Positions 9,736-19,590 of a stretch of DNA of 64,000 nt are shown here, one piece after another. The notes under the pieces were generated by a model. It ran no database searches, had not been told where the DNA came from, and worked only from the letters and a program-made list of their open reading frames with translations. A program made the position numbers and the translations under genes. The stretch is taken from the NCBI GenBank assembly GCA_965197475.1, contig CBDANF010000003.1, positions 1,024,001 through 1,088,000 of the forward strand, read 5' to 3'. This stretch comes from Candidatus Poribacteria bacterium (lineage in GTDB: Bacteria > Poribacteria > WGA-4E > WGA-3G). The stretch's first letter is position 1, and each line of letters opens with the position of its first letter.

Positions 9736-11046
9736 CTACCAGTTTTCCATGTTGGCACTAGAAAATCCGTATGCTGTTTGTAGGACAACTTTGGCGCGTT
9801 CGTAATAGGAAACTTGTTTTTCGTATTCACTACTGCCCGGTGCATCATATTTGGGTGCTTCTCCCATAATACCATGCAATTCCCGAAGCTGTCCATCGCT
9901 AATCAACTTGAAAGGATTGTATTGCAAAGCGACAGTATAACCTTTCATCTCCGCCCAATGTTTATTTAAATTGGCAATGTTTTCATCTGCAGTGCCTAAC
10001 TTAGACATATCACTCAGCGTATCGTTGATGTAGTGGACGACTGTCGCGGCGATCACCTTCTCCATGCCTTCCGCAGCAGCTTGGCGGTGTGCGCTGATTT
10101 CCTCAACCGTGCCTTGATTGGTAATAGCGGTACGTCCAGCAAGGAAAGCATCAAAAATTTCCATAGTGAGATCTACACCTGTGCCACCTTTATCACGTTT
10201 AGCAGCGTTTCTGGAAAGCCCGAAGTTGTATTCCGATTTGAAGTCAATACTTCCATCACCATTAGAATCGAAAGTGAAGTCGTCAACACTACCTGCAAGT
10301 TGATCATCGGTATAACGCGCGTAATCGCGGGCAGCACCGAAGTAACCGAAAGCCTCGTCCCATGCATGCTCCATTGCGGTATAGGGGTCTGTTCCGTCTC
10401 GTGCCTCACTGTTGTCGCGTTCAAGTAGAGAGTTAAGATAGACACCTGTCGCTTGGTAATAAGGGACAGCACCGATGAGCACTTTATTAATCATCTGTGA
10501 CATGTCCACACCGTCGTCGGTTGTGTAAGCCATCGCTGTACTGAGTTTATTGGAATCTTGCGAATTGTCCGCAATTTCCTTGAACCATTCCCGCACTAAA
10601 CCATCCGCAGTGCGATTGTAACCGATGGCTGGATCACCTGAAATCTTGCCAACAAGATTTTTTCCAGTCGAAAGCGAGGAATATTGATTTTCAAGAGCAG
10701 GTATTGATCCTGTAGTCGTCAGTGTTTTCAGGTTCAACGCATCGTCATAAGCATAGAATTGCAGTATATCGTCCACACTAACAGGCCTTGCGCCGTCTTT
10801 TCCTACGCTATCTGTGAAAACTTTCAGGTCTTGCAGCAATAGGTTCCGAACAACCTGTCCAGAATATGAAACACTACTTTCGCCTTCTACAAAGCGGCTG
10901 TCAAACACATACGCTTGAGGGACTTCAATTTTAGCTTCATCGGTAGGGTCAGGTTCGTCATCATCACTCCCGCAAGCGGGTAAAAATAGACAAGCAATAG
11001 CCAGCAACACAAATATCCATTGAAATTTTTTTGTCAAGAAATACAT
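9736..11046 (-). CDS. DUF4856-like lipoprotein
   Basis: Lipobox FLPAC; SSVSYSGQ, MEHAWDEAFGYFG, KHWAEMKG motifs; AAGGAG before ATG 11046. Confidence 0.75.
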   Translation of the reverse strand: MYFLTKKFQWIFVLLAIACLFLPACGSDDDEPDPTDEAKIEVPQAYVFDSRFVEGESSVSYSGQVVRNLLLQDLKVFTDSVGKDGARPVSVDDILQFYAYDDALNLKTLTTTGSIPALENQYSSLSTGKNLVGKISGDPAIGYNRTADGLVREWFKEIADNSQDSNKLSTAMAYTTDDGVDMSQMINKVLIGAVPYYQATGVYLNSLLERDNSEARDGTDPYTAMEHAWDEAFGYFGAARDYARYTDDQLAGSVDDFTFDSNGDGSIDFKSEYNFGLSRNAAKRDKGGTGVDLTMEIFDAFLAGRTAITNQGTVEEISAHRQAAAEGMEKVIAATVVHYINDTLSDMSKLGTADENIANLNKHWAEMKGYTVALQYNPFKLISDGQLRELHGIMGEAPKYDAPGSSEYEKQVSYYERAKVVLQTAYGFSSANMENW

Positions 11047-11067
11047 TTTTCTCCTTATTAAATTAAA

Positions 11068-11086
11068 GATAACGAGTCTCATTATC
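11068..11086. promoter_or_regulatory. Fur-type box
   Basis: GATAACGAGTCTCATTATC, 21 bp upstream of the DUF4856-like start. Confidence 0.8.
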
Positions 11087-11165
11087 TTTCTAATTTGTTA
11101 GTTGTTAATAGGTTCTTTAGATGCAGAAAGCAATTTTAAAACTGGTTTCTGCCCTGTATAAAATA

Positions 11166-13673
11166 CTAAAAACCTTGCTTGATACCAAAAAGTATCTGTC
11201 GTCTCGGTCCGATTAGGATGCCCGAGCTTAAATTGGCTTCAGGTTGCCCTGCATTTGAATGCAAACGCGACCCGATATAAACTTTATCGAAAATGTTTTT
11301 GGCAGTGAAAAACAGCTGCCACTGTGTCGTTAATTTATAATTTATACTGACATTCACAATAGCATAACTTGGAATGGGACCAGTATCACCACGATTTTTA
11401 GTCTGCTGTATGTTTTCAAAATCGGTGAAGACTTCATCCACAAACCGCATATCTGCACGCATGCGGAGAACATCACCGAAATGTTTCGCTAATCCTACAG
11501 TGAAAGTATGCTGTGGAGCATAAGGTAGTTCGTTGCCGTTTAACTCTACATCAACATTTCCAGCAATAGTCGCAGATTTGACAATACCGTCAACAATTTC
11601 AGTCTGAAGATATGTATAAGTAGCGTTGAGATCAGGTAGTATTGACACGAATTCTGAAATGCTGAATCTTATCGCCGTTTCCAGTCCTGACAAATTAACC
11701 TTCCCTAAATTCTTGAAAGCAGTGCCGCGCCCAGCCGCAACTAAATCTTCAACCGCAATAAAAAATCCAGCAGTCTCTATCGTAACCCCAGGTATCCATG
11801 ATCTGAATCCCAATTCCATGTTCCAGCTTCTTTCAGGTTTAAGGTCAAGCCCGCCAGCATCAACATTTTGACCGAAGTTTGTAACTTTTAACGCGCCGCT
11901 GGAGGGTGCTGTATATCCTCTATGAATGCTGCCGAAAAGATTGAAGTGCCCGACCTGATAGTTTACGCCAATACCCGGCAATAGCACTGAAGACACCTTG
12001 TCTGCCAGCACTGAACCGCGTAGTCTGTCTACCCGGTCCTGTTTAAAAACTTCAAATCGTGTGCCAAATGTAAGAGTAAAGTTTTGCAATTCAAGTTGTT
12101 CTTTTGCATAAAGTGCCAATGCCATAGTTTCGTAGTGATGACTTTGTCCGACAAGTTTGACAGGGTCTTCCGTAGAGCCTGGCGTTCCCGTGTAGTAAAC
12201 GCCATCCCGTGCATCTGGCGCATCGCCAATTTTCTTATCGTCAATAAAACGTTCCCAGTGCACCCTGCCACCGATTTCAGCACGCCCGACATATCCACCA
12301 ATCCCATGTTTTACTGTATAGTTTTGCTCAATTCCACCAACGTAGAAGGTTCGTAGGATACCGAAGTTGCTTTTACCATTACCCATTCTAACAAGATCGC
12401 CTGTTTGGAAATAGGGTACTGGCACCAAATCCCCGGTTTCTAAGGCTGCTGGACGCACAAAGACATCGTCTTCACGCCACCACCGACGATCAAACAGGCT
12501 TGTATATAACGTCGTATTACTTACCAGATTTTCCGTGATTTTGTTGGTATAGATGAGGTCAACTGATGTCCGCAAGACCTTAAAATTATCGTCTTTTTTC
12601 GGGTTAAAGTTGGGATCGGTTTGGAAAGTGTATTCTGTCAAGCCTGTATAGGTTGCGTTTGAATTTTCAAAATTGCCGTTTAGTTTGAAATAGAGAGTCT
12701 TTTCTTCACTCAGTTGGAAAAGCGTTTTAAGAGTTCCGTTAGCCTGATCAAATGTGTTATTTTCCCTAAACCCGTCTCCGTGTTTGTAGAGAAGTTGCAA
12801 GTCTGACAAAATTTTTTCAGAATTTCCGATACCTCTCAATTCTGAAAATGCACCGAAATATCCGTTGTTTCCAACTGTTATCTGATTTCCTAACCCGCGT
12901 GTTCCGTCAGGTTTTCGTGTCGTGTAGTTAATAACTCCTCCCATTGTTTGTGGTCCATAGCGGACTGCAGCACTGCCTTTAATAACCTCAACAGCGTCAA
13001 TTCGATCAGCAGGCGGATTGTAATAGGCATTCGGATAAATGTATACAGCGGGTTGTATTGGCACACCATCTTCAAGCAAAAGCACACGCGCGCTTCGACG
13101 TGGATTCAGGCCTCGAATTCCAATACTCAATCGCGAGTTTCCAAACCCATCATCCGCATAACCGTTGATACCCGGTATGAATTCAAGTAATTCTTGTGTT
13201 CCGACAGGCTTAATTAGGTCAACAATTTCTGGTTCTAACTTGCTCATTGTGCCAGTCAGTATTCTATGTTTACGCAGCGATTGACCAATAATTTCTATCG
13301 GGGCTAATTCAAAGGTCTGGCTTGACAATGCTATTCTTAAATTGTCGGGTGAATCTGAGGCAATTATTTTACTATAGGCATTATAACCAATTGAACTTAC
13401 CTGAATCTGTTGATCCTCTTGGACATTCTGCGTAAATTGAAAGCTACCATCTTTTGCAGTTGTTGTCTTTTCCAAGACTTGTCCGTTTGATTCAACCTTA
13501 ACAATGGCGCCTAAAATAGGGTGACCTGTTTCTTTGTCGATCACTTTGCCGCTAATTTTGGTTGAAGCTTCGCAAAAATTCAGCGTGCCAAAGAGAAAGG
13601 TTAGGACGATTAAGATTGGTACGGTTCTATAGCCAGTTTTTAATCTGCAGGCTCCGAGAAAAAATTGATACAT
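11166..13673 (-). CDS. TonB-dependent receptor, FecA-like, with N-terminal carboxypeptidase-regulatory-like domain
   Basis: Plug IGIRGLNPRRSARVLLLEDGVP, IEVIKGSAAVRYGPQTMGGVIN, LKPERS, C-terminal Phe. Confidence 0.93.
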   Translation of the reverse strand: MYQFFLGACRLKTGYRTVPILIVLTFLFGTLNFCEASTKISGKVIDKETGHPILGAIVKVESNGQVLEKTTTAKDGSFQFTQNVQEDQQIQVSSIGYNAYSKIIASDSPDNLRIALSSQTFELAPIEIIGQSLRKHRILTGTMSKLEPEIVDLIKPVGTQELLEFIPGINGYADDGFGNSRLSIGIRGLNPRRSARVLLLEDGVPIQPAVYIYPNAYYNPPADRIDAVEVIKGSAAVRYGPQTMGGVINYTTRKPDGTRGLGNQITVGNNGYFGAFSELRGIGNSEKILSDLQLLYKHGDGFRENNTFDQANGTLKTLFQLSEEKTLYFKLNGNFENSNATYTGLTEYTFQTDPNFNPKKDDNFKVLRTSVDLIYTNKITENLVSNTTLYTSLFDRRWWREDDVFVRPAALETGDLVPVPYFQTGDLVRMGNGKSNFGILRTFYVGGIEQNYTVKHGIGGYVGRAEIGGRVHWERFIDDKKIGDAPDARDGVYYTGTPGSTEDPVKLVGQSHHYETMALALYAKEQLELQNFTLTFGTRFEVFKQDRVDRLRGSVLADKVSSVLLPGIGVNYQVGHFNLFGSIHRGYTAPSSGALKVTNFGQNVDAGGLDLKPERSWNMELGFRSWIPGVTIETAGFFIAVEDLVAAGRGTAFKNLGKVNLSGLETAIRFSISEFVSILPDLNATYTYLQTEIVDGIVKSATIAGNVDVELNGNELPYAPQHTFTVGLAKHFGDVLRMRADMRFVDEVFTDFENIQQTKNRGDTGPIPSYAIVNVSINYKLTTQWQLFFTAKNIFDKVYIGSRLHSNAGQPEANLSSGILIGPRRQILFGIKQGF

Positions 13674-13692
13674 GAATTCTTTTCCTATACTT

Positions 13693-13947
13693 TTAAAAGC
13701 GTTTTGGATTGGAAATTTTTTGGCGCTTACTGTCAATTTTACCAGTTTTCACATCTTTAGTCGTGTTTTCCGTATTTTCGGTTGTACTAACCGACAAGTT
13801 GGTATTGCCGTAACTACCGCCAGCTTCCTCAGCGACATCAACTTGAGGTGAGAGTATCGGATCGCTCTCACAACCGCACAAAGCAAAACCGATAACTATA
13901 ATCAGTGCTACCAATAATTTTCTGAGTGTGATAAACATTAGGTTCAT
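13693..13947 (-). CDS. Small lipoprotein
   Basis: MNLMF..IGFALCGC lipobox followed by low-complexity tail; lies between DHOR and TBDR genes. Confidence 0.6.
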   Translation of the reverse strand: MNLMFITLRKLLVALIIVIGFALCGCESDPILSPQVDVAEEAGGSYGNTNLSVSTTENTENTTKDVKTGKIDSKRQKISNPKRF

Positions 13948-13975
13948 TATATAAATCCTTATTCTATTCAATCTG

Positions 13976-15379
13976 TTACAAAGACTCCAGAAACGCAATG
14001 AGCGCATCCCGTTCTGTTTTTGACATCTCCAAAGTGGCTTGTCGCGATTTTTCTGCTTCCCCACCATGCCAGAGAATAGCTTCCATCAGGTTTCGTGCCC
14101 GTCCATCATGTAGAAAGTTGGTATGACCGTTAACCGTTTGCACTAAGCCGATACCCCACAATGGCGGTGTCCGCCATTCTTTTCCATCCGCGAGAAAATC
14201 AGGACGATTATCCGCTAAACCGGGTCCCATATCGTGCAACAATAGGTCTGTGTACGGATGAATCGTCTGATTGCTAACTGAGGACACACCGGGTAAAACA
14301 CCAGTTCTTAACGTTGGGATATGACAGATTGTGCATTGCGCTTGTGCGAAAAGTTGTTCGCCGTGCATGACCTGTGGGTTATCCACATTTCGCCGTGCAG
14401 GGACCGCTAAGGTCTGTACGTAGAACGTAACTACCTCTAAAATTTCATCGCTAATCTCAGGCGTTGCGCTGTTTTCGGTGAGTTGTGGTTGTCCTGCCGA
14501 ATTTTCTATGAGAAATAGCGAAGTGGTTAAACCCATATCATCATGATATGCTGATGCGACCTGTTGAAGAAGTGTTGGTTGGTTTGCTTTCCATCCAAAA
14601 CGACCAAGAACATATCGCTTTTGCACGACATCCCATACGAAATTGGGTTTTCCAGAGATGCCATCTCCGTTAACATCAGCCTCATCAGCGTAAGTTAGTA
14701 CGGTTTTTTCAGGAATTGCTTCTAATAAACCGAGTCCAAAAACAACTGGTGCCACACGCGGTGATACCTCAACATCTTCGGGTAGCGGTTGATAGGTATC
14801 CGTAATAAAATAATCTGGATGGCGAAGATGTACGCGTGTGCCATCTGCTGTAATTAACGTTTGTTCAGTATACTCAATTTTGACTGTGCCTTCTGCCGGT
14901 ATTCCAACAATTGCGCGGTTATTCAACTGTGTGCCATAACCCGGCACTGGAATTGGTGGTTTTCCATCTGTCATATTCTCAGTCTTTGGAAGGCTAAGCC
15001 TAAAAAGCAGTGATACAAGTTCTTCATCAAAATCCGGTGGACGTCCTCGCCCGTCACGGCTATGGCAGTTAACGCACGAAACATTATTATAAATAGGTCC
15101 AAGACCAGGATTCACTTCCGCAGGGGCAGTTACAAAGACAGCTTCAAATTCAACATCACCGTCCAAGTGTTTTTCGAGTGATGCTGTAGAAAGATTGGGG
15201 GCTGGGATTGAAAAAGCATGGCTTGATGCATCAAAGATAGTCGTATCCCCACCAGAAAGTGGACCTGTAGAATCTATAGGAAATTTGAATTCAAAGGTAT
15301 CTGTTGGCGATTCTGAGTTACACCCAATTACAAGGGATACCAAGAAAGCGATATATATAACTGTAGGATAATTTTTCAT
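13976..15379 (-). CDS. Di-heme oxidoreductase (DHOR/DUF1111) lipoprotein
   Basis: Two CxxCH motifs (CVNCH, CTICH), GRFGWKA, WRTPPLWG, LHDGRAR; lipobox LVIGC. Confidence 0.92.
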   Translation of the reverse strand: MKNYPTVIYIAFLVSLVIGCNSESPTDTFEFKFPIDSTGPLSGGDTTIFDASSHAFSIPAPNLSTASLEKHLDGDVEFEAVFVTAPAEVNPGLGPIYNNVSCVNCHSRDGRGRPPDFDEELVSLLFRLSLPKTENMTDGKPPIPVPGYGTQLNNRAIVGIPAEGTVKIEYTEQTLITADGTRVHLRHPDYFITDTYQPLPEDVEVSPRVAPVVFGLGLLEAIPEKTVLTYADEADVNGDGISGKPNFVWDVVQKRYVLGRFGWKANQPTLLQQVASAYHDDMGLTTSLFLIENSAGQPQLTENSATPEISDEILEVVTFYVQTLAVPARRNVDNPQVMHGEQLFAQAQCTICHIPTLRTGVLPGVSSVSNQTIHPYTDLLLHDMGPGLADNRPDFLADGKEWRTPPLWGIGLVQTVNGHTNFLHDGRARNLMEAILWHGGEAEKSRQATLEMSKTERDALIAFLESL

Positions 15380-15470
15380 ATTTATTGCTACTTTTGTGGG
15401 AACAACACAGAGGCTGTTCCCAACAAAAACGAAATAGTCTTTGCGTACTGACAAGCACGCTTATTCTGCA

Positions 15471-16556
15471 TTAATTAAACTCACTCGTCTGAACGAGCGG
15501 GAGTATATCTTGCTCAAGCGTCAGCTGAACTTTGCTGACAGCGTCAATAGCTGTCTGAACAGATGAACGGTTGCCTATAATTGAATCACGGAAAGGATCC
15601 GGAATTGCTCCGATGCTGTCAATCGCCTTCTGCACTTCTGTCTGGAACCGGGTATCCAAATCCGCGTCTTTACTGTTCACAAATTCGTTTAACCCTTGTC
15701 CATCACTTACGAATTTTCCCATGTAGACGTTTTGGATTCCTCTGATATTGTCTTGGAAATCTGATATGGAGTTAAAACTGAATTGAGATTCAACAAGGGT
15801 GGTGTCCGATTCGTTGTAAGGGTCAGAAATTTTGCCGTTAGCAACTTCATCAGCAATATCGATCATACCGTTGACCATTTCTTGTACTGCAGCACTTTGT
15901 GACCGATAGACAGCATTTCCCTCTTCACCAGCTGACGCAACAGTATTGCTAAAATTATCACCTTCTGGTGCCCACGCCAAGCGCAGTTGTTTTGTGCTCG
16001 CCTTGAGACTTTCAGTCGCCGAAACAAGGTATTCCAGTTCACGTCCTGTTATATCTGATGCTTTGCGTTGATTGCCATCGCGGAATAGTAGAAACTCAAT
16101 GGTGTGAAAACCTTTCTGTGTAACTTCTAATCCGCTGACATACTCTACCGTTAACTCATCATCTTTATCTAAGACTTCTTGTAGGTTGACGTGATCAACT
16201 GGCCAACTATCTAAAGCAGGGTCAAGTCCTTGCGTATCAACCGGACCAAACAGGAATGCTTCGCTCTGCTCCCACGGTGTCCTCGTGGCTTTCCACGCCT
16301 GTTGTGCTTTTTCCAGATTTGCTTGCGTGGTATCAGTTTTCAACGCCTTGACAGCTGCCAACAATTCACCCGCTTTATTATCTAAATCAGTGTAGGCGGC
16401 TAACACGACAGTATTAGCAAAATCATCAAGTATCTGAGCAGCGTCATAAGCTTCACCTTGATCGTGTTTGTCGTCATCATCGCTCTCACATCCCACAACA
16501 AATGCGAATGCAATTAGCAAACAACAGAATACTGTCCAAACTTTATTGAACTTCAT
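15471..16556 (-). CDS. Imelysin/IrpA-family iron-regulated lipoprotein
   Basis: WEQSEAFLFGP, DSWP, GFHTIE (GxHxxE), EVANGKI, ESQFS. Confidence 0.92.
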   Translation of the reverse strand: MKFNKVWTVFCCLLIAFAFVVGCESDDDDKHDQGEAYDAAQILDDFANTVVLAAYTDLDNKAGELLAAVKALKTDTTQANLEKAQQAWKATRTPWEQSEAFLFGPVDTQGLDPALDSWPVDHVNLQEVLDKDDELTVEYVSGLEVTQKGFHTIEFLLFRDGNQRKASDITGRELEYLVSATESLKASTKQLRLAWAPEGDNFSNTVASAGEEGNAVYRSQSAAVQEMVNGMIDIADEVANGKISDPYNESDTTLVESQFSFNSISDFQDNIRGIQNVYMGKFVSDGQGLNEFVNSKDADLDTRFQTEVQKAIDSIGAIPDPFRDSIIGNRSSVQTAIDAVSKVQLTLEQDILPLVQTSEFN

Positions 16557-16604
16557 AAAAACCTCCAGGTTTTTTCTTAATACACGCGATTTCTACCGCG
16601 CTTG

Positions 16605-17819
16605 TTAATATTGAAAACCGAAGCCAAGCGCAAAGGTATTTTCCCTGTTTTTATCCTTTGTCGCTAAACGCCTCAGTGAATAGTGGCTCTTGAAAACCAA
16701 CTGTGGGTGAACATGGTAGTTAATACCGAAAGTCCACGTAGTTCTTTCCCACCGAGGATTGTCAAAGATAGGACCTTCAACACTCGCCATCGTATCGTAA
16801 AAATCGTAACGGGCGAATACGTCAAGCGTAGGAGATGCATCATTAGCAGTTCTGAAAAATGACAGAATATCGTAGCCCGCTTCAATGTACCAACCGAGGG
16901 CAGAACTGCCTATCGGCGTACGCTTCACATTGAGATTATTGGATAGGGTTCGATTGACTTTAGACAACCGATCAGCATTTTCAAGCATTCCCCAGAGGAA
17001 CAGTCCTCGGACTTTCAGGGCATTCACCTCGTAAAATCCGTGCAGGCTCACAATGCCGACGTGAGCATCGAAATCCACGTCCGGTTTAGGACGGTTTGCT
17101 GCGGTGTCACCGTAGTAACCGGAAATACCGATGCTTGCGTTCTCATGAAATGTATAATCAAGTCGTCCGACAAACGCGAGAGCTTCAGCGTTGACTGTTT
17201 CAAATCGCAGCTGGTGTCCACGAACTATCCAGTGCCGTGAACTGAACCCGGTTGAATCCAAACCGTTGACAATTTGCGCTTGATATTTCAGCGAACTGAG
17301 TGTGCCAAAAAGTTCAATACCGGTTTCGTGCCAGATAGTCGGAATGAGGGGTGTCTCTGCTTCGGGGCGGGTTGTCGTAAAGTAGTGTTGTGGTCGGTGG
17401 CGTTTCGCAATGAGTCCTACAGGCACGATGAAATGCCCAACTCTGAAATTGAGCGAGGGGTGAATTGAAAAGACAGCGGCGAGTTTTTCAACAATGACTT
17501 CACCACCTTTTTCAATCTCCGTCTCGAATTCTCCAAATTCTTCAAATTTGTCAAATTCCATCGTGCTACCGGTGCCACCGTGTTCAAATTCTATTTCTGC
17601 TTCAAGTCGGATGGTATCATTGATGCGGTATTTCGGTGCGATGACGAAACGTTCAACGTCAATAGCTGCACGCCTATTCGGGTCAAGTTCCCAGTCAAAA
17701 CGAGCATAGTTAATCACGCCGTATCCAGAAACCGAAAATGGGTTTGGTTCAGCAACAGTACTGAAACTAAGTAAAATAAACATTCCCAGAAATGTTGGGA
17801 AAAGCATTCGTTTTTTCAT
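16605..17819 (-). CDS. Outer-membrane beta-barrel/porin (OprO/P-like)
   Basis: Signal peptide, EIEFEHGG, PTIWHETG, C-terminal GFGFQY. Confidence 0.8.
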   Translation of the reverse strand: MKKRMLFPTFLGMFILLSFSTVAEPNPFSVSGYGVINYARFDWELDPNRRAAIDVERFVIAPKYRINDTIRLEAEIEFEHGGTGSTMEFDKFEEFGEFETEIEKGGEVIVEKLAAVFSIHPSLNFRVGHFIVPVGLIAKRHRPQHYFTTTRPEAETPLIPTIWHETGIELFGTLSSLKYQAQIVNGLDSTGFSSRHWIVRGHQLRFETVNAEALAFVGRLDYTFHENASIGISGYYGDTAANRPKPDVDFDAHVGIVSLHGFYEVNALKVRGLFLWGMLENADRLSKVNRTLSNNLNVKRTPIGSSALGWYIEAGYDILSFFRTANDASPTLDVFARYDFYDTMASVEGPIFDNPRWERTTWTFGINYHVHPQLVFKSHYSLRRLATKDKNRENTFALGFGFQY

Positions 17820-17833
17820 AAATTTAATTCGGC

Positions 17834-17870
17834 ACCTATTATGATATTGAGACTCAATATCATAATAGGT
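17834..17870. promoter_or_regulatory. Perfect 37-bp palindrome containing a Fur-type box
   Basis: acctattatgatattgag-a-ctcaatatcataataggt; core GATATTGAGACTCAATATC at 17843-17861. Confidence 0.8.
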
Positions 17871-17919
17871 TGTTGGTTAAATCAACTTCAAAATAGGTGA
17901 GATTCCACGCCCAGAAATT

Positions 17920-17938
17920 GATAACGAATCTCATTATC
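17920..17938. promoter_or_regulatory. Fur-type box
   Basis: GATAACGAATCTCATTATC immediately downstream of the -10 element at 17943-17948. Confidence 0.8.
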
Positions 17939-17942
17939 CTAA

Positions 17943-18042
17943 ATCATACTCGGAAGTACAACTAATGTCAAATATTTGTGCTGAATTCGGACATTTTCAC
18001 ACGATTGTTAATAATTATACTCCGTATTTTCAGGAATGTCAA
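17943..18042 (-). promoter_or_regulatory. Two tandem sigma70 promoters for the iron-uptake operon
   Basis: TTGACA-17-TATGAT (17971-17943) and TTGACA-17-TATAAT (18042-18014). Confidence 0.75.
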
Positions 18043-18166
18043 GAAAACTTGCAGAAAATTGTAGATAATTTTGAAAAAATTGGATAAATGGTCTTAAGTT
18101 GTTATATTTGTAGAAGAAAATAAGGCGGGCATAGGCACCCACCCGAGAAAAAAAGGAATATCGCAA

Positions 18167-18280
18167 TTAGCGATTTTGTAAGAGTTCTTTCAGTGCCGCT
18201 TTTTTCCTTTTCAAACGGCGTAGTTGTCGTTGGCGAATTTGTGTTCGCCGTCTTACTTGTCCGCTTTTACTCCGTGGCAT
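18167..18280 (-). CDS. Unannotated 37-aa highly basic protein
   Basis: MPRSKSGQVRRRTQIRQRQLRRLKRKKAALKELLQNR*, preceded by AAGGAGGT; overlaps the stop of the upstream gene. Confidence 0.65.
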   Translation of the reverse strand: MPRSKSGQVRRRTQIRQRQLRRLKRKKAALKELLQNR

Positions 18281-19379
18281 CAGTTTTACCTCCTTCTTCA
18301 TAAGTTTTGGCGAGATACATTAAAGCCGATTGGCAATGTGCCTCCAATTCTTCCATTGCTACTGTTAATTTTTCCTCAGAATATGTATGGAGCTGAACCC
18401 TATTTTCCGTTACTGTGATATAAAGTTCCCGGTTTTGATTGAAATATTCAAGTTGCGTCGCTGTTTCTTTTTCAAGCGTATGCCCCTGCCATTCTTTCAA
18501 TACTTCTTTGATCGCCAAACCTTCAAAATTTTTATAGAGTGCTTTCGCAGGCAGCGTATCGGGAGAAGGTATAGGCTGTGACATTACTGGTGCAGGTTTA
18601 GCTGAAATCAACGAGGAAGAGTCAGCAACTTGCGGTGCTCCAACCTCTGAAAACGGTGGTTCTTCCACAATAGCCTCAGATAACAGGCTTGACAACTTTT
18701 CATCTTGGTATTCAGAATTTTCGATTTCAAAGACATCCGAGAGGATGTTTGTAGCATCAGATTGTTGCTCATTGATAAATGCTGGGTGTTCACTCAGAAG
18801 ACGTAGCGTTTGAATACCGATACCTTCAATTAATGGATGTTCAGCATAGATATCCGGCGGAACGACCTCAAAAAATGAACGTGTAACGAATACTACATCA
18901 ACCCGGTCACGATCTCCTATTCGTCTGAAACGATTTTCACAATTAGTTAATGCGGAAAACAGCGTTCGCATAAAATTTGGTGTAATTAGCCGCGGAAGAA
19001 CTTCTGTGCGGAACTTTTCACAGGTTTCATCTGAATCTTGTGATGGCGGCGGTATATCACTATTTTCGAGAAATTGTGTTTCCTCTCTTACATCTAAGGC
19101 TTCGGGTTCAGCATTTGCTGTAATTTTTATGTCGTTGAGAAATTTCACTACTTCAGTGTACATCAAGTCAAGATTGAAGTGGACCCTTTCAAGTTCTGGT
19201 TCTTCAAGCAAATCACGACTTCTCAAAAGGCACGTATGTAAACGCTCCTCGTCCATCTTCCCGTACGGCAGTCTCCGTTGCTTCTCAACCGCTAATTGTT
19301 TATGTTTAAATTTCCGGTCACGATTTCGTTTTTCCCGCTTGCGGGCAACATTCGCCGACCTACTTTTTTTCTTCGCCAT
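18267..19379 (-). CDS. Hypothetical protein with basic N-terminus
   Basis: 370-aa ORF; K/R-rich N-terminus and acidic body; no family recognised. Confidence 0.8.
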   Translation of the reverse strand: MAKKKSRSANVARKREKRNRDRKFKHKQLAVEKQRRLPYGKMDEERLHTCLLRSRDLLEEPELERVHFNLDLMYTEVVKFLNDIKITANAEPEALDVREETQFLENSDIPPPSQDSDETCEKFRTEVLPRLITPNFMRTLFSALTNCENRFRRIGDRDRVDVVFVTRSFFEVVPPDIYAEHPLIEGIGIQTLRLLSEHPAFINEQQSDATNILSDVFEIENSEYQDEKLSSLLSEAIVEEPPFSEVGAPQVADSSSLISAKPAPVMSQPIPSPDTLPAKALYKNFEGLAIKEVLKEWQGHTLEKETATQLEYFNQNRELYITVTENRVQLHTYSEEKLTVAMEELEAHCQSALMYLAKTYEEGGKTDATE

Positions 19380-19561
19380 GGTAATATTGTTTATATTTGA
19401 TGGAGTTGTTACACATCACATCTTATGTAAAATGCAACAAACCCAAGGTTACATTATATATAAGTATACACAAACATTTTTTTTCTGTCAACTTTTAATT
19501 CTGTGGAGGCATTTTATAGGAGTGTAAAGTTTTGGTAAAAGACTGAATTCTTTTAAATAAT

Positions 19562-19590
19562 TTGACAAACACACGCATATATGTTATGAT
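19562..19590 (+). promoter_or_regulatory. Sigma70 promoter with no annotated gene directly downstream
   Basis: TTGACA-17-TATGAT with extended TG. Confidence 0.6.
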
